DNA of 64,000 nucleotides from Epiperipatus broadwayi (lineage: Eukaryota > Animalia > Onychophora). Location of the stretch: positions 19,468,001-19,532,000 of the forward strand of contig JAQFVV010000003.1 in the NCBI GenBank assembly GCA_028023455.1. The letters run 5' to 3'. The notes below the pieces were generated by a model. The model did not search any database. It was given only the letters and a program-made list of their open reading frames with translations, and was not told where the DNA came from. Within the stretch, counting starts at the first letter, position 1. Every line of letters begins with the position of its first letter. The translations under genes and the position numbers were made by a program. Below are positions 53,886 to 64,000 of this stretch, piece after piece.

Positions 53886-54804
53886 TATTCTACACAGATC
53901 TTATTTTCAACATAACACAAATCTTCCAACAAAATGAAGGAATGGCTATGGACTCACCATTGTCATCCTGATTAGCAATATTTACATGGGAAGAACTTCA
54001 AACACAGCCATAAAAACTACACCATATCCATCTAAAGTTTGGCTTTGCTATGTAGATAGTACATTTGTTGTATGGCTGCATGGTGAAGCACTATTACAAA
54101 CTTTCTTGAAACATATCAATAATGTATCCCCTTCAATTAAATTCACAATAGAATCAGAACAAGAACAAAAATTGGCATTCTTGGATGATCTTATGACAAG
54201 ATTCCCTCATGGCAAAATCAAAACTACAGTTTACCGAAAACTCACACATACAGGAAAATACTTAGCCTATACATCCAATCACACCAGAAACATAAAACAT
54301 GGAGTTATACTATCATTATAAAACAGAGCAAAAGAAGTTTGTTCAGAAACCAATGATTTAAAAAAAAAAGAAAGATCTATATAGAACAAACTCTTATGAA
54401 AAATGGATATTCATCAGCTGTTATTTAGAAAATGTTAAATAGACAAAAAAAAAAAAAAGAACCATCAAGAGAACCCTCATCCCACTGAAAAGCAATTGCA
54501 AGAACACAAACTGATGATTAAAAGAGAGAAACCAGATGTGTGTTAAGGTAGCAGACCATGTATATACCAATGAACATATGTTCAATTGGGAAAATACAAA
54601 AATATTGGATAGAGAAGAACGATACAAGAAAAAAATTTAAGGAAGCTGCTCACATGACAATGGAAAACAATCCCATAAGTCAACCTAATATGACTAAATA
54701 TGATGTGTGGAAACCACTAATCAACTTTGCTCTTAGAAAAAAGTGGAGAAATCAGGAGGAACCTCATAGATAAGTATATGAAACTTCTACTGACCATTGC
54801 CTTT

Positions 54805-54890
54805 GGCAGGATGGCTCAGTTGGTTAGAGCATTACCTTAAAATTCAATTCTCAAAGAATCTAAGGGTCCAGGTTCGATTCTCATGCTAGT
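54805..54890 (+). promoter_or_regulatory. tRNA-Lys(TTT)-like head with Pol III A box (54812-54823) and B box (54871-54881), inside the PLE terminal repeat
   Basis: GGCAGGA-TG-GCTC-AGTTGGTTA-GAGC (intact D-arm), then AATCTAAGGGTCCAGGTTCGATTC, compared with tRNA-Lys AATCTGAGGGTCCAGGGTTCAAGTCC. There are ~14 extra nt in the anticodon loop, and the acceptor and T stems do not pair well. Confidence 0.65.
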
Positions 54891-54910
54891 ACTGTCACTG
54901 GTCAAGCCAG

Positions 54911-54956
54911 CAACACATGAAGAAGAGGGAAGAATAATACCTCTTGAAATATTGTG
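54911..54956 (+). ncRNA. Degenerate PLE-type hammerhead motif
   Basis: C(A)TGAAGA-AGAGG-GAAGAATAATA-CCTCT-T-GAAA. The three copies give a consensus CTGAAGA...GAGAGG/CCTCTC-GAAACGTTG. Confidence 0.5.
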
Positions 54957-55608
54957 CATATACAAACCTGTGAAGGTATTTGGAATATTCAAATAAAGTT
55001 AAATTTTTCTAAAGACATTCAATACTCATATTAGATAATGGAAATAGTCTAGCATAACTCTAATGTGTATATAATGTTTAATTAAAGTAATTAATTAATA
55101 TTTCCCTTTTTATCTGATACTAGCTGTGATGCTCCTAAAAGCTTGAACCCTAAATGACTGCTTAAAGCATCTACAACCTAGGATGGCTTTGATGACAGAG
55201 TTCAGAATTAATCTCAAGGTCCTTACCACCATCTGAAATTGAAAAATTACTCTAACAAACATTAAGAAAATGCAAAAACAAAAACTCTCCTAAATCATTT
55301 AATATACAACAACAACAAAAAAAAATCTTTATAATTTCACTTTAAAATAGCATCAAATTTTATAGTCATTTTGAAAGTGAAATATCATGAGATATGGTTT
55401 CTGTTAAAGTATTACTGGTAAAACTGGAGTTATTATTATTGCATGATTGACTTTATTTTTCTAATTCTATTCTAATAGTAATTTTAATGGCATTTTTTTT
55501 TTTTTAATAAAATAAAATCAACACCTAAAAATAAATATAAATCAAAAGTTATTTATTTAGGAAACAAATATATATATAATGGCTTTTCTTTTAATTAAAA
55601 AAAAAAAA

Positions 55609-55723
55609 TTGAATGACTTTATTGCTCAGAAGTTCATATGAAGTTCGTGCAGGACTGGAATTGATTCAAAGACCATGCGATTCAAAATCTGACATCCTTC
55701 CACTACCATAAACCATGCTGGGC
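55609..55723 (-). mobile_element. tRNA-derived SINE-like relic, same family as 7168-7283
   Basis: Shared 3' end (TTCTGAGCAATAAAGTCATTCAA plus A-tail) and a degenerate tRNA-like head. Confidence 0.5.
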
Positions 55724-57217
55724 AAAAATAATTCAATAATCATATTGTTTGGGAATATCAGAAGTGGAATAAATTTGAGAATCTTACATTCAAGAGCCAG
55801 ACTCTCTATCAACTATGCTACACTATGCAAAGTTTTCTTTTAATTAAAATTCTATTAATTAGTAATATATCATAGATCAAGCTTTGTTAATTAATAAATT
55901 GTTGCAAAACACTTTCTAAATACAAATCTAAGTTATGATGAAAAATTTTTTTTCAACAAGTAGATAATCCACAGCCAAACAAACTAATCATCCAGTATTA
56001 GTTGGTAAATCGGTTTTTGGTCATTGCACAAGAAAAGAAAAACATTCAAATGCCATTTAGCAATTAGCAAGACTAATGAAGCTTCTTCTTTTATTGTTTT
56101 TATTTTTATAAAGGCTGCTGGAGAGATCTTTACTCTCATAGGGTTATTTAAAGGCTATTTTACATTCATCATCTTCAATTATTGTCAATCCATATTCTCT
56201 AAGAATATAAAATCAGAATTTTTTAGTGGGGAAGGAAGGGGGGAGGGTGAAGCAGTAGCAGGAATAGTTAAAAAATTTAGAAGTTGTTTTAATTAAAACA
56301 GAAAAGATTGCATTTTTTTTTTTTTTAAAAAACCCACAAACATTTCCTTAATTCACTTTAGCATTATTTAATTCTTATATCTGAAAGTAGCTGCTGGACA
56401 GTTGCATTTGTCATAAAAATATATATATAGTTGATTGGAAAATATTTCAGAATATATGAAAAAGATTGTTAAGCAGTTGAAGCAGTCATAAAAAATTAGA
56501 TAAATCATTGTTAAAAGTGCATCAAAAAAGTGTGGTGTTTTAAAGATTTAATAGATGCAATACAATAAAAATGGAAGAAGTTTTGAAAACCTAACAGAGA
56601 AAGAAAATAATAATGAAATATTATTCAAAAATCCATTACTTTTTTTGTAAATAAAAAAGTCTTTATATATCTATTTGATATATATAATGATAAATGAAAT
56701 AGAAGTAGTACTAAATGGTGAAGTTCACTAAAATTCTGGATGTAAATTGTTACTAAGCAACTAAAACAAGCACCCATAAAAAAAAAAACTATTGTTAAAA
56801 ATCTAGCAGAAAAGTACATTTGTAGTAAAAAATACAGTACTGTATTCTAAAATAGTATTAATAATTATTTATTTAACATTAATTATTTATTCACCAATAA
56901 ATTTGACCTAGCACAATTAAATATATCTTAAGAAAAAAAGTTGTATTTTATAAAATAGTTATGGAATTATTTAATGCAAGAAAAATAGAATTTGAATTTC
57001 TCAAAGACAAACAATACTTTATTATAAATATTTTTGGCAACTCTTTTATAAGATTCTAATACATATAATTTCAGAATTATATGTGGGTAAATTAAACTTT
57101 TATACAGCAACACAGCATCTGTAGTAAAAAAAAAATATTAATAATTACTTATTTAAAAGTAAATTTGTTCTGGATTAATTAATAAAAAAATAAAAAGTAA
57201 TATACACATTTCATATA

Positions 57218-58189
57218 CACCTGGGTCTCGTTTTATGCGGATTATTTTAATGCGATTTTGAAGTTATGCGATTCATGTTTCTTCTTAATATCTTTTATAT
57301 TTCACTATATTTATTAGATATCAAGAAATTTAAATTATTTATAACTTATTTTCACGTGAAATACTTTTTTTTTTTTTTTCAAAAATATAACATTATATTA
57401 GCAGCTAATGTGAATATAACCTGCAGCAGTATTTAGATTTTTAGCTTTTATATAAATAACCTATTTATACTAATGTGTAAATAATAATAGATTTATAATT
57501 ACATATAAAAATATTGCAATAAATATTCAAAAAATTTAAACTTTTAAAATGTACTTTGTTATATATAACAAAAATAAATAATCTTTTAGATTTTTAAAAT
57601 AAAAAATGAAGATTTTTATAAACTGAAAATAATCTTTCTAATGATAATCTATAATATTTTGTTTTGATTGCGATTTCATTTTTTTAATATAGAAACAGAA
57701 AACCAGTAACACAGCATAAGACCAAAAGTGGCGCTAGGTGTACATCACATCACGAATAAAAATAAAGTGGCTAACAGGTTTCTCTGAGCATAATTGCTGA
57801 GATTCTTGACTTAGTTTAAGCAGAAGCCATAATACATCACATCACATCGAATCTGATTTCTTACCAGTTTACAAACAAACACTAGTGTTAATGATTAAAA
57901 TATGTATGTAAAATTAAATACTGTAGTTAATAAAAAACGTAAAAAAAGTTTGTCTTGGATTAATTTTTTTTCTCAAATATTTGAAATTTTTTATTAGTCA
58001 TACTTTAATTGCTTGTTTTTTTAATGCGAATTTTAAAGCAATTCTTCCTTGTTGCTTTGCTTTTATGTGAATTCTGAAAATTACAGCACCTATCCCCATT
58101 TTTCAAGGTAAGTCAGGTCTATTTTTGTGCGATTTTTTAATGCGGGTTTTCTGTGGAACCTATCTACCACATAAAATGAGACCCAGGTG
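57218..58189. mobile_element. Tc1/mariner-superfamily (pogo/Tigger-like) MITE, 972 bp, TA target
   Basis: TA|CACCTGGGTCTCGTTTTATGCGG and CCACATAAAATGAGACCCAGGTG|TA. No ORF. Confidence 0.85.
57754..57848 (+). mobile_element. ~95 bp LINE 3'-end insertion nested in the MITE
   Basis: AAATAAAGTGGCTAACAGGTTTCTCTGAG.ATAATTGCTGAGA matches the minus strand of 34880-34955. It is flanked by TACATCACATCAC at 57741-57753 and 57833-57845. Confidence 0.8.
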
Positions 58190-61100
58190 TATACGTTAAA
58201 TAAAAAAAATAAAAAATCATAATTAGTATTTAATTTAATTTTTTTTTTTTGTCTTTGGAAAAAAGAATGATGGAATTTAGTTAGCTCTGAAAGCATAGGG
58301 CCAGAACCTCTAGTATATATTGTAGCCTTTGGTTTTGACCAAAGCTCCATTAATTTTTAAGCTGAGTTATTTATGACAGTGTTTATTAAAAATTTCCTCA
58401 TAAAATTTTTATGGTAATATATAAGCTATTTATATGGTGCTAAGTTCAAATCAAAATAAAAATTTGAATAGCTTTACATAAACTACTTAGTACATAAACA
58501 AAATTCATTCATAAAACCTTATAGAGATTATTTTATTTTGGTGTCTGTTAGTAAAGTTTTATTAAATCAGAAACAGTCATAGTTGAGAATTTATTTGTTA
58601 AAAATATTTTACAAATTATTATTAATAGTTTAGAGATAGAAAAAGAAAGAAGGGGGGTTAGAATTTATAAAGTTAACTTCGTGAGAATGATGGGTAAACA
58701 ATCGTATTTTATAAAAATGAATTATAAAGCTATAAATTATTAAAAGCAAATTGTATAAGAAAAAGAATCAAGAATCAATCAAAGTATTAAGCAATCGCAT
58801 CAGATAAAATTTTGTGTGCATATATGTAAAATTTATTAGACATTTTTAATTATAGAATTAATTAATAATCAATAGAAATAGTGTAGGATCTCAATGGAAA
58901 GCTCTTTTAAATGATTATTATTTTGTTTCACTATCTCATGCATAGCAGCCAATTCCCATTCAAAATCTTGGGTTTAAAGTTAGGTTGCTATACATTATTT
59001 ATTTATTTTTATTAAAAATAATCATTTTTGTTCTTTCAGAGGGATTTCCACGAGCGGGAAAATTTTTAACAAAACCACATGATATTTGCAAAAGTGTGAA
59101 TACATAATTTGTAAAACAATAGCATTCAACCAGTCAAAATTTAGATATATTTAGATTGGCAAGTCAATCATTCAGGAATTAAAAGAGGGGGTCCAGACAG
59201 TATAAAAACTCAATCTGTCCTTAAGGAGGGCCTCTCTTCATCATCCACCTATTTAGAGGAACCTCATCAGGTTAAATTTTTTTTTTAATACTAAAATTTT
59301 AAGTTTTACTATTTTTTCTGCTTCTTTTTCTGAATGAGAAACTGTTAAAAATTATTAATATTGTAAGACATGATTAGTGAGTAAATTTTTTCTATTGGGC
59401 ATATATTTGTTTCTCCTGACTTAACCAATTTTATGATTTCTTTCCACACAACCGGCAAACAATGAAACTTAAGCCACAGAGAAAATTTTGCTTAAGGATG
59501 AATCTTTATTTCAAACTTTTACTTACTAAAATGAATGGATCGGATTATTTGTATTATCAAAAAAAAAAAAAATCAGAAAAAATTTTTTTTTATTTTTATT
59601 AAAAATAAGTGTGGAACTGAATTCCAATGCTAATGTTATATATTAAATCCCATTTGAAATACGATATTGTTGTGAAATCAAAGAAACAATTTTTCAATGA
59701 AAAATGAATGACTAATAAAGAAAAACAAATATAATTATTAACTAAATAAAGATGTTACCAACCTATGACAAAATTAATGGAATATAATGAGAATTTATGG
59801 AGAAATACATGAATCAATGAACTTATCTTAGTGAAGCTACATTAAACCAACGTACCCGTCTAAACAGAATTAGAAAAAGCTGGTTATCTTCCACTATGAA
59901 ATATAATCTAATGCAAAGAACCTAAAATGAATAAAAAACTTAATAGGAAATGGAAATTATTACATTTAATTGTAAGGATTACCAATGTCTAGAAGTAATT
60001 TGATAAAAAACAAAGATCTTGGATTAATATTTCGTGCATTTAAAAAGAAAAGCAGATTATGTGCTAAAACTTCTAACAGAAATAAAAAACCTCAAGGATT
60101 GATTCATGAAAAGTTATTAAAGTTTTCCAAGGGATCATGTAATTCAATATGTGTGCACACAAAACTAAATGAGATTTGCAGCTGCAACAATATATAAGAA
60201 AGACCTGGTGGACGATTTAGGAGGACTGTTTAAGTATAATTTTATTACTTGTTATTATTATTTTTTCTAACGTTAAATTTAAATATATTAGCAAAGAGTT
60301 AATTATATACCTAAGTTTAAATTCAACTTATATTAAAGTTTTTCTTAGTTTAAGTTAGTACAAAATTTTTAAAATATGCCTTATTTTTATGCTTTACCCT
60401 TAATTAAAAGAGTGAGAGATATAAGTAAGAATGTTTATTATACGAGGTGTTTTAAAAGATCAGGTATTATTATTAAATATTTATGCATATAAATAATATA
60501 TTTTAAGATGGAATGCATGTTGTGACAGAATGCAATAACTATGTTCCAAAAGTGAAGAAAGATGGTTTTGCAATCTTATTATTAAAGTTAAAATAAGTTA
60601 GATGTAAGCTGATTTATGCTTAGAAAATTGTTGGCTCATGTGTCAGAGCAGTATTTTGTGGAGGTAGTTTAAGTGTAAAATTTTATATAGGTGTACAAAT
60701 TAGTGTGAGGCCCTTGTTTCCGTGGTTGGTTAAAGAATCACCACCTAGCTAGTGAAGTTGTAGCTTAGCTCGCTCACTAAAATATTTAGTAAAATTTTAT
60801 GAAGTATTTAAAAGTAGTGGATGAGTTTCCCACTTAGTTATTGTATACACCATAAGATGATCTCTTTATTGATAGCCAGAGTGTGCTGAGAATATCCATG
60901 TATCCTTGTATGACTAGAGATGAAACCTAGCATATCTTAGCCTTAATGAAAAGGTATTTTTCTCTTATTCAAGTCATTGCCAATCCTCATGTTAATGCTG
61001 ACTTTGATTCCTTATGGGTGTACATTATTTAAGGTACAGTAAAGTATAAGTTATGAATGTTGTTTACAGGGTCATAAAATTAACTTGATGTTTCTTGATG

Positions 61101-64000
61101 AGTGTGGATTGAATGTAGTAAGACATTGCGTTATTTAAATGCTTTATTTCACTAATAAGAGCCAATAATAATGATAGAGTTAAATATTGAATTTGAGAAT
61201 TAAAACACAGGAAGTAACAATAATAAGCAGTGCATACCCAGAGTTCCATTTACAACCAGCTGAGAACTTTGCTGGAATGATAAGCCAACTGAAGTATTTT
61301 GATTATAGGGACATTAGTATATGATTTGTATGCATGTAAGAGAATGATTGATCTGAGTATCGATTCTTAAACACTTGAATAGTAGTTTAATTAATGCGAG
61401 GGTAAGCAATGCATAAAATATCTTCAATTTAAACGCATATAGTTGAGGCACATTAAGTTGAACTAATTAATACAAATTATTAGCTCCTTATTATATGAAG
61501 AGTTATCTTCATAAATAATACTCGTAATCAGAGAATAAATCATTTATTTGAAATCATAAAAATATATGAAGAAATTTAATATTCATTGTATCTAAATATT
61601 AAGGATTGTTACAGCAAATAGTATAATCATTTTTCTATTCCATAGCAATTGTAAACCCCAGTTCATTAAGAATTAAATATTTGTTATCTTATAATATAGT
61701 AAGATCAGCTATTTATTTGTGTAATAAGCTATGAGGAACATTGTAAATAATGTAGACATTTTTTTTAAAAGTTTATCTTTGTTAATAAAAGTATTATTTT
61801 AAAATAAACTTTTGTCTATGTCTCTTGTAGTCTAATAAATTCTAGAAATCCCAATCATGCATGATACATTATCATCGCTTAAATTTGAAGTATGATTTAC
61901 TTTGTTACATTATACCAGGTAAAATTTATTTTGAACACTGCAGAATTCAAATCACAATTGCAGAATATCAGTAGAGTAATTCTGCCTATTTAGATTAAAG
62001 ATTTATAATATGCGATAGGATTATTGTGTGATATAGAGTGCAGTGGATGGACATAAAATCCTTTATCCATCCACTGTATTCAAATACCTTCCCATATGAA
62101 CTTGTTAATTTTTTTTTTTTTTAATTATCAAAGTATTTATAATATGTTATTTTCAAAATTTATGTTTGAAACTTAATCTTAATTATTGGAAATTTAGAGT
62201 AAGGGGACACTGGCTATGTTAGATTCAGCCAAGGTCAACCATGGATGTAATCGCTGTGATAGTATTTATTTATCACCAATAATTCATAACAGTGTATGGA
62301 TTTTCGTGCCTAACTATTCTGAAGCCCTGAGAAAAGATTATCATAGGGGATAAGAGAGCTAGCAAGATGGAAAAATTTTAGAATAAAGTGAAATATTAGT
62401 AAAGATGAACTATGAATGCGAGTGTGATAGAGTGATGGATTGGGAGGATGATGATGGGCGTAAAAATATTTTAATTCTTTAAAATTTTAATTGTGATTTT
62501 GGTAAATGAATGGAAAGGTGCTGAGAGTTGTAAAATACAGTAGGGAGTGGAGCTTAAATTTTCCTCCTCTCCAATTAATATAAGAATTTACGAGATTATT
62601 AGTATTATTTGTAATAGCACTCTGTGTTTTATTCATTCACTAATTATTTATTAACCCATTCATTAGATATTATTGTAAATTATTAAGTAAATTATTGATA
62701 AATAATGATTGGTATAAGAAAGTTTCGTTAAGGTTGCAATTTGGCGCCCTGCAATTATTGTTATTAATATGCTATCCCATCGCCGACGATCCCGAGGAGA
62801 GCTGATCCTTAGAGTCGGTCTCGGTATCTCTCTCCCTCTCTCTTGCAAGTTATTGATTAGGTTATAATATATATATATATAATTTTAATCAATGTAACAT
62901 TTTAATAATTTAAAAATTTAACTATTAACAGCCATTACTTGTAACAAATAAATTTTGTATGTGACATAATAGTTAGAGCATTCATTTAATGCGATGACAA
63001 CATGAGGTTCAAGTCTGGCTTTGATGAACTTGGATTTTTTCTCCAGATTGTAAACAAGTCAAAGAGTTCTTTCATCAAGCTAAAATTAGTCAAACCAAAT
63101 CAGCTATTCTCTATTATTGGATAAATTGATATGTAGCTAGTAGTAGCTTGAGATTAAATTAAAGATTTCAAGTTATGTTAGTTGGTGCATAAATGTCAAT
63201 ACACTAACTTTAAAAAAAAACAACAACAAAAAAAAAACAATTCTAATATAATGCTGCTTTTACCAGTAGTGAAGAAGGCATCATACGTTTATGGGCACTA
63301 AGCCCAAAGTTTACTTTTATTTCTAATTGACACTAAAATAATTGTTGAGAATAACTTTCATATTATACTCACAATAAAGTACAAAAAATTCTACATATAT
63401 TTACATTTTAAATACTGCAGTTGTCTTAAATCTCAAATTTTGTCAGATATTTATATTCAAATTAAAAATTATTTTAATATATTAAAAGGAAAAAGATAAA
63501 TTCAGGTTCAGTACACATTAAAGTATAACATATTTCTTACCAATAATGACTGTATTATAATCATATTTTATATTGTGCATCAATAACCAACTGCAATCCT
63601 TTTTTAGTTTAGAACCTTTATCCTCTGCCTAACAATACTTAGATCTCATTTAGTAAATAAACTGGGTGGCTTGCTAGATTGGTTATGCATAGATTTAAAA
63701 AAAAAATTGTATGCTTGCTTGCAACCTGAAAAGTTTTAAGGTTCATCTAGTCTAGATTCAAATTCTTCATGGTTAGGATAATGGATGTGCTAACCACTAC
63801 TTCAAGAGGTATTCTCTCATTAAAGTTCTATAAATATATAACCTGAAATAAAAAATTATAACAAAAAAAAAAATAGAAAATTCTTTTAATATATAAGGTA
63901 GGAAAAACACAGGATGTGAAATGTCTTTCAAAAACAGGTTTAGGTAACTAGATATTGTTGTCATCCTCTAGCATAAACTGCAGATTATAACTGATTCACC

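Larger units (their letters stand above)
53886..55050 (+). mobile_element. Penelope-like (Poseidon-type) element, direct arm (RT C-terminal half, deleted GIY-YIG, terminal repeat)
   Basis: FQQNEGMAMG-SPLS (with a frameshift), VWLCYVDSTFVVW, SIKFTIESEQEQKLAFLDDL, TTVYRKLTHTGKYL..SNH..NIKHGVI. 54405-55050 mirrors 52975-53885. Confidence 0.9.

Noticed and set aside
59025-59275. Possible exon (TTTCAG acceptor, CAG/GT donor)
   Set aside because: The frames I translated close early and I recognise no protein. A UTR or lncRNA exon cannot be excluded without RNA data.

Overview
Very AT-rich eukaryotic DNA, probably an invertebrate (arthropod-like TE repertoire; the species cannot be determined from the sequence). 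I find no credible host protein-coding exon. It reads as intergenic or intronic DNA filled with decayed transposable elements. DNA transposons: a full-length Buster-type hAT relic, two hAT MITEs (one closely resembling the horizontally transferred SPIN/URR1 MITE), a piggyBac-like element with an internal tandem array, a Merlin derivative and a Tc1/mariner-type MITE. Retroelements: L1/Tx1, RTE and one unassigned LINE fragment, several tRNA-derived SINE-like relics, and at least three Penelope-like element (PLE) families. The most unusual signals are RNA-structural. (i) 7694-8906 is a tandem-plus-inverted array of a ~400 bp non-coding monomer carrying four minimal hammerhead-ribozyme (HHR) motifs with a variant core. 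(ii) A PLE family (52975-55050, 36345-36665) has a terminal repeat with a tRNA-Lys-like Pol III A/B-box cassette directly upstream of an HHR-like motif. Most ORFs in the supplied track are chance ORFs or TE fragments. All family assignments come from motif recognition by eye and need database confirmation.
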